Below, in pieces: positions 30,033 to 39,099 of a stretch of 64,000 nucleotides of DNA. The translations under genes and the position numbers were made by a program. The first letter of the stretch is position 1. Each line of letters starts with the position of its first letter. This DNA comes from an uncultured archaeon (GTDB lineage: Archaea; Asgardarchaeota; Lokiarchaeia; Sigyniarchaeales; SOKP01). A model generated the notes under the pieces. The model had not been told where the DNA came from and made no database searches. It worked only from the letters and a program-made list of their open reading frames with translations. Where the stretch lies: the NCBI GenBank assembly GCA_964583985.1, contig CAZOYD010000008.1, forward strand, positions 1 to 64,000, in the 5' to 3' direction.

Positions 30033-30470
30033 ATGGGGGCATTTCTTGATACTGGTTTTTATTTAGGTCTTTGTCATCCTAAGGATAAACATGCGGAACA
30101 AAGTGAGAAAATTTTAGAAGAATTAGCCACAGGGAATTATGGTGTCCTCTATACCTCATACTTCATCATAAATGAAGTCACTACTTTAGCAGCAATTCGA
30201 TCCAATAATAATAGTAAAGTATTTCACCATCTAGAAAAATTATTGTGGGGGGAAGAGAAGATTGCAAGCATTCTTCCCTTCGATTTGAATAATGAACGTG
30301 AAACATGGGAATTATTCAAGAAAGTTAATACTATTGATTTAAAGGACAAGAGACCCATTAGTTTTACAGATATCAGTTCTATTATATTATGCGCTCACCA
30401 TCAAATCGAGTACATTGTGAGCTTTGATAGGCATTTTGATGGATTTCTTCAGAGAATATCACAAATATAG
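30033..30470 (+). CDS. PIN-domain VapC-type ribonuclease
   Basis: AFLDTG, KDKHA, NEVTT, ISFTD, IVSFDRHF. Probable ATG at 30033. Confidence 0.88.
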   Translation: MGAFLDTGFYLGLCHPKDKHAEQSEKILEELATGNYGVLYTSYFIINEVTTLAAIRSNNNSKVFHHLEKLLWGEEKIASILPFDLNNERETWELFKKVNTIDLKDKRPISFTDISSIILCAHHQIEYIVSFDRHFDGFLQRISQI

Positions 30471-30598
30471 TCGATGAATTCAACATATACCTTGAGAACA
30501 ACAATTTTCCTCACGAATAGACAGGTTTCATCCCACATTTAGTGTGATCAGATCGGGGAGAAAGTTGCCTTTTCAACAGAAAATGTCTTCAAAATTTC

Positions 30599-31165
30599 TT
30601 ACTCGTTCTTGAGTTCATTTAAAAAGGGTTGAATTTTAAAGATGTGAAGATATATGCCATGCGAGAAGCCTAATATTATAAATATTAATCCAATCTGCCA
30701 ATAAAGCGTATTGAAAACAACTAATCCAATAATTGCATAAATTAATCCTAATAATGACGGGACCTCAGATCCAACAAGCATGACCATTAGCAAGATAAAA
30801 AACGCACGATGAGCATCATCTTTTTTCATCATTTTAGGAATGATATATTTATAGGTTATAATTGTGGAAAAAATGCCGATGCATATGAATATATATAATG
30901 CAAAAAAAAGGTCATTTGGTAAGGTATTCGTTAAAATTCGATCCCAAGTAAAAATCCAGATGATTAGAACATACACTAACTGAGTATAATAGACCGAATA
31001 CAATAATAATTTTTCTGAAGAATTAAGGGTGCTTTTTCCGCGTTCTACGTGTTGAATTCCCATGCACGTTATTAATCGCATGTAAAATATAAAATTTACT
31101 AATCGTAATCTCAGTATTTGATCATATGAATAGCTTTTTCTTTGACGATTCTCGGTCCACATCAA
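30599..31165 (-). CDS. Hypothetical membrane protein (about 4 TM)
   Basis: Four hydrophobic segments. True start probably downstream of 31165. Confidence 0.65.
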   Translation of the reverse strand: MMWTENRQRKSYSYDQILRLRLVNFIFYMRLITCMGIQHVERGKSTLNSSEKLLLYSVYYTQLVYVLIIWIFTWDRILTNTLPNDLFFALYIFICIGIFSTIITYKYIIPKMMKKDDAHRAFFILLMVMLVGSEVPSLLGLIYAIIGLVVFNTLYWQIGLIFIILGFSHGIYLHIFKIQPFLNELKNE

Positions 31166-31222
31166 TCAAATAAAATAAAAAAATAAAATAACTTTTAATA
31201 ATCAATTAACCATTAAAATCAT

Positions 31223-31447
31223 ATGCAAGTTCCAGATCGGATTGTAATTGATACGAAAATATGTGCTGGAAAACCATGTATTCGCGGAACTCGACTCACT
31301 GTCGATTTTATTTTAGAGTTGTTAGCCTTGGGATGGAGTTTCACCCAAATTCAAGACGAGTATGAAATAGAAAAGGATGATATATTAGCAGTCCTAAAAT
31401 ATGCTCATCAAATTATTAGTGAAGAAGACATATTCAAAATGTTCTAA
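31223..31447 (+). CDS. DUF433 family protein (antitoxin-like), orphan
   Basis: RIVIDTKICAGKPCIRGTRLTV..ILELLA.G....I..EY.I...DI.A.L.YA. Confidence 0.9.
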   Translation: MQVPDRIVIDTKICAGKPCIRGTRLTVDFILELLALGWSFTQIQDEYEIEKDDILAVLKYAHQIISEEDIFKMF

Positions 31448-31509
31448 TCATCTTAGGAATACCTTCATCGTCTATTTTACTCTGTTTTTTCGAAATAATC
31501 GGTTTCTGC

Positions 31510-32133
31510 TTATTCACGAATACTTGCATTCAACTCATGACCACAATAGGGGCAAAAAAGAGCTTTTCTGGTTATTTCGGAACTACAATTTTCACATGTT
31601 ATCTTGTATTCCATTAATGAGGGGATCGTCTCGGTGATGTTTTGAAACGAACTTTGTAATGCTTCCTCTACTAATTTTAACTGTACCTCTCTTTCCGAAC
31701 GAGGATTGGATCTAATGTAAACGGAACTCAGTTCCACGAGATAATTTTCAATAAATTTCAGTTGATCCGTAAAATTCTTGTTGACTTTCAACTTTAATAT
31801 GGCTTCTCCTGCTCCAGTTAAGAAATATACCTTGCGGAGGGGACCAATAGGAGTTTTGAACATGTTGGATTGCAAAAAGTGGTCTTTCTCTAATTTAGTC
31901 AAAATCGGATAAATCGTCCCCGATTGAGCCACCCACGTTCCCGCAAAATGTGTATTAAGGCTCTGAATCAAATCGTAACCTGATAGCCCTCCAGAATTAA
32001 AAATAGTCTCGATTATTGTAAATTCCAGAGGAGTGAGCTTGGTCAACTTGATTCTTTTAAAATTTTCACGATCTACAGTATTTCTTAACTCTTGTAAATC
32101 TTCTTCCAAGTCAACAAACTTTCCAAGCCACAT
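31510..32133 (-). CDS. PadR-family regulator with C-terminal zinc ribbon (copy 1)
   Basis: SGYDLIQ, SGTIYPILTKL, RKVYFLTGAG. CENC...CPYCG tail. Confidence 0.9.
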   Translation of the reverse strand: MWLGKFVDLEEDLQELRNTVDRENFKRIKLTKLTPLEFTIIETIFNSGGLSGYDLIQSLNTHFAGTWVAQSGTIYPILTKLEKDHFLQSNMFKTPIGPLRKVYFLTGAGEAILKLKVNKNFTDQLKFIENYLVELSSVYIRSNPRSEREVQLKLVEEALQSSFQNITETIPSLMEYKITCENCSSEITRKALFCPYCGHELNASIRE

Positions 32134-32216
32134 TATTGAAAAAACCCCTAATTATTTCCATCGCGCTTTTTAACAATCTATTCATTCTTACATGGTATTA
32201 TTGGGAAAACTCAATT

Positions 32217-33113
32217 CTATAGTTGCCTTTTCATTTTTTCCATTTCTTTTTCTACTAGACGTTGCAAATGTGTTTTTTTAATTCCTTCTTTAATTTTCGA
32301 TTTCCTAGAAATAGTACGAACGATGATGTAGTGAATTAAAACTGCCCACCCCCAGATTGGAATCGTAAACGAGGCGAAATAAAAGAAAAAATATAATTGA
32401 AATGGGATGCTAGCTAAAAACACCACTAAATGATAATAAAATTTTTGCTTGGCTATTGGATATACACCACGTGCATAAATAAGATAAGCGGTTCCATGTT
32501 CAGATAAAATTATTAACCAGATTAAGATAAACATCGGATAAAAGAATAAATCTATTCTTTGATATCTGAAAAAACTTATAAAATTCATAATTATAATAAT
32601 ACTGATAAAAACACTAAAATGGATCTGAAGGGATAATCTAAAACGGACTTTCTTTAACGCAATTATTCTCAAGCTCTCTTCTGAAAATCCATTGAAGTTT
32701 TTTACTGAGATGTTCCCAATATCTTTCCCTCTTGATTCAGTTCCAGCACTGCGATATGAAATGTAATGGATTATTAAGATAATCCCCCAAATTGGAATTA
32801 CAAATAAACCACAAAAACTCGATATTAATAATGGTAGACTCCCTAAAAGAGTAGCTAAATTGTAATATAGTCTCCTTTTCGCTCTTGGAAATACATCGCG
32901 TGATTTCATGCGATATGCGGTAAAATGCTCACACAATGCAATGAACCATACCATGGACGAAATAACGAAGAGTGGATAAATAGGGGATCGTGTAAATGCA
33001 ATAGCCATGGAAATCAAGACAAATATAATAAATATCAATAAATGAATCAAAAAAACTTTCTTTGAATGATCATTCCCAACTACATCAAGCGAAACTTTCT
33101 GTTTTGAAAGCAT
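32217..33113 (-). CDS. Multi-2TM-domain membrane protein (internally duplicated)
   Basis: Two copies of the core ..IH...W...L.EH.TAY....V(F/Y)P.AK....Y.L....IPIWG..L.IHY. C-terminal VEKEMEKMK. Second half aligns with 35442..35951. Confidence 0.75.
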   Translation of the reverse strand: MLSKQKVSLDVVGNDHSKKVFLIHLLIFIIFVLISMAIAFTRSPIYPLFVISSMVWFIALCEHFTAYRMKSRDVFPRAKRRLYYNLATLLGSLPLLISSFCGLFVIPIWGIILIIHYISYRSAGTESRGKDIGNISVKNFNGFSEESLRIIALKKVRFRLSLQIHFSVFISIIIIMNFISFFRYQRIDLFFYPMFILIWLIILSEHGTAYLIYARGVYPIAKQKFYYHLVVFLASIPFQLYFFFYFASFTIPIWGWAVLIHYIIVRTISRKSKIKEGIKKTHLQRLVEKEMEKMKRQL

Positions 33114-33270
33114 TTTAAAAATCCTCCTTTATTTTTAACTTTTATCTAATTTGTAAAATTGTTAAATCTATATGTTTATTGTTGCATCTACCTATATAAA
33201 TTTATTGCCTTAAGAACCATATTTTTACTAATCAAATTCAATTTGAATCATAAATTAAAAAACTAATAAA

Positions 33271-34575
33271 ATGAAATTAACTGAAATTATTGGATTAGAA
33301 CAAAAACACGCAGATCTTCTTCAAAAAGCAGGAATTAGTGAAACGGAGGATCTATTACCTTTAACACATTACCAGATACAACAAATGGCAAGAAGTATCG
33401 GAGTATCGGTAAAAACTCTTGATACTTGGCAAGAACACGCAGACTTAATGCGAATAGATGGGATTACGCCTCAACTTGCGAATGCCATAAATCTTATTGG
33501 AATCGACTCCGTAAAAGAATTTGCTCAACGGAACACAAAAACTACGGTTGCCAAGCTAAAAGAGTTGAAATCAGAAAAGCCGAAAGTATTGACTAAAGTT
33601 CCAACTGAAAAAGAAGTACAGAAGTGGAAGGATCAAGCCATTGTGCTCGAAGGAACTCAAGGTAAAAAGCCCAGCACGCCAAAAACACCGGCAAAAACTC
33701 CCGCGAAAACCCCAAGTGATTCATCAGAGTTACCTGTTCAACCAAAATTAATTGAGATTAAACCTTTTGAAAAGGATTATGGAGAATTTGGACCAGAATA
33801 TTGGAATAATAAGTGGGAAGAAGCTCCAATAATTTATACTGGTCGAGCATTGAGGGGAAAATTTTACGACAAGCAAATAGATGCTGACGTAAAGGTGTTT
33901 ATAAAAAAAAATGATGCGATTCTTCATCACGTGATCTCTCAACTTAATCTCTATAAAGGCACGGCTAATGAAACAGCGTGGATGATACAAAGATTCGTAT
34001 GTGACTTCCTCAAGTACACTGATGATGATGTCACGGTTGATTGTCCCGAATACTGGATGTTTCCATTTGAAACCATTCAATCTGAGGTTGGAGATTGTGA
34101 AGATGGTGCGATCCTCATCGCAAGTTTACTTGTTAACGCGGGTATTCCTGCTTGGCGGGTAAAAGTATGTGCTGCTCAAGTAATGGCAGATCCTATCGTT
34201 GCTCCTGCAGATGATGAAGGAGAATTAGGCGGGCACGCATATTGCATATACTTGGCAGACCGACCAGAGTCTGAACGAAAATTAGAGTGGGTAATTCTCG
34301 ATTGGTGCTATCTTCAGGATCCGGAAATTGCAGTTGAAGAAAAACCATTAGCACGAGATGGTGGTCAAGAAGGTGCATATAGGAACATTTGGTTTTCTTT
34401 CAATAATGAAAAATCGTGGGCGCAAACAGCCTTCGAAGTAACAAGTCCTAGAATAAGCAATCATCAAACATCAAAAATGGATGATGTTATAGGAGAATTA
34501 TTAGAAGTTACTAGAATTTTAGCTGAAGAAGAAATTGATAAACTAATAGAAAGACTCAAGTTTACTGTTGAATAA
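33271..34575 (+). CDS. DUF4332 (helix-hairpin-helix) domain fused to transglutaminase-like cysteine peptidase
   Basis: N-terminal IIGL...LLQKAGI...WQEHADLMRIDGI...PTEKEVQKW. C-terminal YW.FP.ETI...GDCEDGAIL, GHAY and ILDW give a Cys-His-Asp triad. Confidence 0.82.
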   Translation: MKLTEIIGLEQKHADLLQKAGISETEDLLPLTHYQIQQMARSIGVSVKTLDTWQEHADLMRIDGITPQLANAINLIGIDSVKEFAQRNTKTTVAKLKELKSEKPKVLTKVPTEKEVQKWKDQAIVLEGTQGKKPSTPKTPAKTPAKTPSDSSELPVQPKLIEIKPFEKDYGEFGPEYWNNKWEEAPIIYTGRALRGKFYDKQIDADVKVFIKKNDAILHHVISQLNLYKGTANETAWMIQRFVCDFLKYTDDDVTVDCPEYWMFPFETIQSEVGDCEDGAILIASLLVNAGIPAWRVKVCAAQVMADPIVAPADDEGELGGHAYCIYLADRPESERKLEWVILDWCYLQDPEIAVEEKPLARDGGQEGAYRNIWFSFNNEKSWAQTAFEVTSPRISNHQTSKMDDVIGELLEVTRILAEEEIDKLIERLKFTVE

Positions 34576-34791
34576 TTATTTAATTTTCCATTAAGCTATT
34601 TTTTTATTTACTTACTCGTTTTAAAACTAAATTTATAGATTTTCTTATTTAATTAACTTATTTTATGATGCCTATGCCCTTCTCAAAAGTAAAGATTCTT
34701 AGACTGACAATTATTGCCAATATAGCCTAATTCGTTCTACTAACAAAGAAGAATAGATAAATTACTAAATAAAAAAAGAGGAAAAAAATTT

Positions 34792-35421
34792 CTATTCACT
34801 TTTCTCATTAACTAATAAATTAGATCCGCAATGAGCACAAAAAGCGGCTTGGCGTTCAATTATCGAGGCACATTCAGGACAGACCGTCTTATACTCGAGA
34901 GTAGGGGGGATGCTCTTGATGATATTTGCAAAACTTTCATTCAAGGTCTCGTGTATCGTTTTGACTATTTCTTCTCTGTTTTCTTTGGGATAAGACCTGA
35001 TGTATACTGAAGATAATTCAATTAAGAAATTTTCCACAAACTTTAGTTGGTCTGCAAAGTTCTTATTTACCTTTAATTTCAATAATTGCTGGCCCGTCTC
35101 AGTTAACGAGTATACTTTTCTAATTGGACCTATCGGACTTTTAACCATTTTGGAATCTAAAAATCCGTGTCGTTGTAATTTCGATAGAATAGGATATACT
35201 GTTCCTGATTTCGCCTCCCAAGTGCCGGCAAAATGTCTATTCAGGTTTTGGATTAGATCATATCCAGAAAGTGCTTGGCTATTGAAAATTGTCTGAATAA
35301 TAGTGAATTCTAATGGTGTAAGCTTGGTTTTTTTCCCGAAATTCTTGAAGAATTCTTTCTCTATGTCAGATCTCAATTCATCAATCGAATCTTCGAGATC
35401 CAAAAACTTGTTTAACCACAT
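34792..35421 (-). CDS. PadR-family regulator with C-terminal zinc ribbon (copy 2)
   Basis: SGYDLIQ, SGTVYPILSKL, RKVYSLTETG. CPEC...CAHCG tail. Close paralogue of 31510..32133. Confidence 0.9.
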   Translation of the reverse strand: MWLNKFLDLEDSIDELRSDIEKEFFKNFGKKTKLTPLEFTIIQTIFNSQALSGYDLIQNLNRHFAGTWEAKSGTVYPILSKLQRHGFLDSKMVKSPIGPIRKVYSLTETGQQLLKLKVNKNFADQLKFVENFLIELSSVYIRSYPKENREEIVKTIHETLNESFANIIKSIPPTLEYKTVCPECASIIERQAAFCAHCGSNLLVNEKSE

Positions 35422-35441
35422 CTGTTAATCACCCAAAAGAA

Positions 35442-35951
35442 TTATTCTTCATGCTCCATGCGTCTTTTCATTTTCAAGATTTCCTTTTCAACGGATTTTT
35501 CTCTTCTAGATTTCATCCCGCCTTGATCGTCCACGGAACCTCGATGAAATATGAGATAAGAGATGAAATGAATCGCGAGACCAGTACCCCAGAAAATCGT
35601 TGGAATTAAAAACCAAAGAAGGTTTGGATTGATCAAGTAATTTACGATTCCCATGAACAGAATGGAAAAGACGAATGCCACGAAATGAAAGATTACCCCT
35701 CTCTTTGCCATCGGGTATACGCCTCTCGCATAAACTATATAAGCAGTTGCGTGTTCCGCTACACCAATCATCCATCCTAAAACAGGAAAAATGTACCACC
35801 AAATCATCGGAGTGAATAGAAGGTTAATTGTAAATAACAGAAGCGAGACAATTATAAAACATCCAATATGAATCTTGACGGACATTCGAAAATTAACCTT
35901 TCTCATCGCGATGCGTTTAAGGCTTTCTTCTGAAAATCCATTATAACTCAT
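35442..35951 (-). CDS. 2TM-domain membrane protein (two 2TM repeats)
   Basis: IH...F.I...LL..IN......WW...P..GW.IG...H pattern occurs twice. VEKEILKMK tail. Probable ATG at 35951. Confidence 0.82.
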   Translation of the reverse strand: MSYNGFSEESLKRIAMRKVNFRMSVKIHIGCFIIVSLLLFTINLLFTPMIWWYIFPVLGWMIGVAEHATAYIVYARGVYPMAKRGVIFHFVAFVFSILFMGIVNYLINPNLLWFLIPTIFWGTGLAIHFISYLIFHRGSVDDQGGMKSRREKSVEKEILKMKRRMEHEE

Positions 35952-36125
35952 TTTAATCACTTTTTTTAAAACATTGAAATATTAGTTATTATGATAATAT
36001 TGTTTTTTTCATATTTAAAGGTATGTAGAATTAACAACATTATTTTGATCTAACAATTCAAACTTGAAGGTAACTATTAAAATCCACGCGAGAAGGATTT
36101 ATATTCGTCGATATTTGAATATATT

Positions 36126-37061
36126 TTATAACAAAAGTATGATATAATTGCCCACTATTATTAATATCACGGCAAAAATAAACCGCTTACGAAATTTCTC
36201 CTTTAATATCAGGATGGATAATATTTGTTGTATCATGGGAGTATTCGCTGTAAAGGTGGAAGTTAAAACTAAACCATTTATTTCTGCAGCTTTATAAAAA
36301 AGGGTATCTGCTAATCCTAAAGAAAGAGATCCTGCTATTCCAATATAGATAAAATATTTTATAAACTTACGGTTCTTTTTAGAAAAACTGGCGAAGTAAT
36401 CCTTCTGAAAAATACCAATCACAATAAAAAATATTGCGCCAAAAAAGACCCTGAAGAAATTTGTAACGAAAACGTCACTGGAAATAATTCTAGCTTGATT
36501 GAAAGCAACGATGGCAAGCCCCCAGAGAAATGCTGAACCGATAGCTAATAAAGCTCCTATAAATACTTGATCTGATGGTTTTTTTATCGTTTCTGGCTCG
36601 CTCTCATCCAATTTTTCTTTATCTTTCGTGCTCAAAATAAATGCACTCAATATAATTAAAGCGCCTCCGAATAATATCGAGATTTTTAATTCCTCACCGA
36701 ATAAAATGAATGCAAAAGGGTAGACAAAGACTAAACTTAATTGAGTTAGCGGAAATGCTCGAGAAACATCAATTTTCTTTAGTGAAGTGAAATAAAGCAA
36801 ATCTCCTACTGTAACGGATATTCCGGAGATGAAACACGCGACTAAATAACTAATCAAATTTTCGGAACTCAATAAGGGAATGAATGCGAACGTGCTGAAG
36901 AAAATTGCCAGCAGAAAATTTGATAGGGATACACAGATTAACCTAAAAAGAAGACTCGGTTTGGACTCGACTTTTCCCAAGCTAAATTTATACACTAAAG
37001 ATGCTATCCCCCATGTAAACAACGCATCGAGCGTTAAAATGTATCCAATTAATTCGGGCAT
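36126..37061 (-). CDS. EamA/DMT family transporter
   Basis: About 10 TM in two repeats. SLKKIDVSRAFPL, LFGEEL, LKEKF. Confidence 0.88.
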   Translation of the reverse strand: MPELIGYILTLDALFTWGIASLVYKFSLGKVESKPSLLFRLICVSLSNFLLAIFFSTFAFIPLLSSENLISYLVACFISGISVTVGDLLYFTSLKKIDVSRAFPLTQLSLVFVYPFAFILFGEELKISILFGGALIILSAFILSTKDKEKLDESEPETIKKPSDQVFIGALLAIGSAFLWGLAIVAFNQARIISSDVFVTNFFRVFFGAIFFIVIGIFQKDYFASFSKKNRKFIKYFIYIGIAGSLSLGLADTLFYKAAEINGLVLTSTFTANTPMIQQILSILILKEKFRKRFIFAVILIIVGNYIILLL

Positions 37062-37143
37062 AACATTAAATTATTAAATATCGTTTTAATACTATTTTAA
37101 AAAATGCAAGTAAGCTTGGTTTGGGCGAATTTCCTTTTAGAAG

Positions 37144-38328
37144 TTAAATAAATGTATCTAATGTGTTTACGAAATTGGAAAACTTTTCATACACTACGAC
37201 GTCAACCACAGGAAGGTTTTCACATATCATTTGAGTTAATTCTTTCCTATTTATCCTATATTTATTAAAGGGCTTTTTACCTATTAATACGAGAAAAAGC
37301 ACGGGTTTTTGAATTTTAGGAGGGTTTTTATTATTATCCAACTCTAAATCGAAAGCTTTTTTTAGCTTTTGAATGATAAAATCATGCATTTTTTCTTTAT
37401 TTCTAAATTCGGTTTTGAAATAGACGTGTTCCCATCGATTTACTCTATTTGTTAACTGGATTTTTCTCACAGTTTTAGTATATACTTCGTTTTTAGATAC
37501 TGTTACTAAAAAAATGCCTCTTTTGAATGAAAAATCAGAAGAACAGGTGGCTTCAGAGGATCCTGGATTAAAAATCCAGTCGTCTAAGATAAATTGCAGG
37601 TGAAAATGGCCTAGAGCTAGGTAATTTACCTTGTCTTTTAATGTTTGGATAATTTGGTAATTTACTCCCGGTACACGTGGCATTTGACCTTCAATCCCGA
37701 AGTGTTGAAGAAGGACATGAAAGCAATCATCGTCTTCAATGATTCCATCCTTCAATTTTGAAAGATATTCTACTGGATTTTGTCCCAAGTATCTTGTGCC
37801 ATATATTATTACGTCCTTTATTCTAATCTTCCCCCCTTTTCGGGTTTTAAAATCGTATTCTTTAAACATTTCATTTGGTGGTAATTCTACATCTGCGTCC
37901 AATAGGATTATTAATCCTAGAATCGATAATACCTTCAACCATGACTGTCCTCGTTTTTCAAACCTTTGACCTCTTGAAAATTTTCGAATATCGTGATTTC
38001 CTTCAATTGCAATAATTTTAGTTTTATTTTCGGTTTCATAGTAAAACTCTTTCAATAGATTTACTACTCTTGTTAATTTTCCAGGTAGTATTTCTAAAGA
38101 GGTAAATACATCACCTCCTAATAAGATAAAATCTACTTGATGGAAGAGGGCAATTTTCAAGATTTCATCGAACGCGTTTATGAAGTCGTTCGCACGATCT
38201 TCGTTTCTATATTGATGACTCCCCAAGTGAATATCGCTAGCATGTATGAACTTTGTTAACCCTAAAGTTGCTTTTTGACCTTTTATTAAATCACTTGATT
38301 GAATAATGGTTCTATTAGTGCTTGTCAT
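37144..38328 (-). CDS. Mre11/SbcD-family metallophosphoesterase (DNA repair exonuclease)
   Basis: SDIHLG, GGDVF, GNHD, QH, LGHFH, NPGS. Confidence 0.9.
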   Translation of the reverse strand: MTSTNRTIIQSSDLIKGQKATLGLTKFIHASDIHLGSHQYRNEDRANDFINAFDEILKIALFHQVDFILLGGDVFTSLEILPGKLTRVVNLLKEFYYETENKTKIIAIEGNHDIRKFSRGQRFEKRGQSWLKVLSILGLIILLDADVELPPNEMFKEYDFKTRKGGKIRIKDVIIYGTRYLGQNPVEYLSKLKDGIIEDDDCFHVLLQHFGIEGQMPRVPGVNYQIIQTLKDKVNYLALGHFHLQFILDDWIFNPGSSEATCSSDFSFKRGIFLVTVSKNEVYTKTVRKIQLTNRVNRWEHVYFKTEFRNKEKMHDFIIQKLKKAFDLELDNNKNPPKIQKPVLFLVLIGKKPFNKYRINRKELTQMICENLPVVDVVVYEKFSNFVNTLDTFI

Positions 38329-38436
38329 GAGAAGATACCAAAAGTTATCAATAGCAAAAGTAATGAATAATACGCGCTACTCACTTATAAACCAAAAAAG
38401 TCCCAAGAAATAGTGAAATGATGAAAAACAAATTAA

Positions 38437-39078
38437 TTAACTAGTATATTGATAATTTCTCAAATCCTTTCTGATAAAAACATAAAACGAAAGCATGAAA
38501 ATCCAATAAGTAATCGCGATGACCATCATCCATTCAATTAAAGGTGCCCAAGTCAAAAGGAAGGTTATTTCTATGATAATAACGATTAGCGCACTATACG
38601 AATGTAATTTTAAGAATTTTTTACTCTTTAACATCATGTAACCAAAAAGGCTCTTGTATATGCTCCCACATATCAAACAAGTCATCGCAACGAAGCCATG
38701 TATGAGTATCAGCACTTGGTTTGTTAATATTGAGGGAAAAAAACCTACCATGATGTAGAAGAAGCAAGATAAAATAGCAAATACAAAAGCAGTTCTATAA
38801 ATTTCTTCGCTAACATTCTCACTTTTTAATAGAGGTATAAAATATAGATAAAACATTAGAGCCAATAACCCTGAAAGAATTAATCCCAAATTAAAAAATA
38901 ATGCTCCAGGACCGGTTCCTAAAACGCTTACCATGTAATTCAAGTTATACCCTGGGGTCATTATGACAGCAATTATATCACCTAATAAGCCCACAATCAT
39001 TGAAATGATGCCCCAATATGGCCCTGGGACTACTTTGAATATTTTATATAAAACGTATCTTAATTCCCTAGACATCAA
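38437..39078 (-). CDS. DUF998-like membrane protein
   Basis: PGYN...VS.LG, FFNLGLILSG, VGFFP, IHGFVA, EW. About 6 TM. Confidence 0.75.
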   Translation of the reverse strand: MMSRELRYVLYKIFKVVPGPYWGIISMIVGLLGDIIAVIMTPGYNLNYMVSVLGTGPGALFFNLGLILSGLLALMFYLYFIPLLKSENVSEEIYRTAFVFAILSCFFYIMVGFFPSILTNQVLILIHGFVAMTCLICGSIYKSLFGYMMLKSKKFLKLHSYSALIVIIIEITFLLTWAPLIEWMMVIAITYWIFMLSFYVFIRKDLRNYQYTS

Positions 39079-39099
39079 GTTTGAAAATTTAATACTGAA

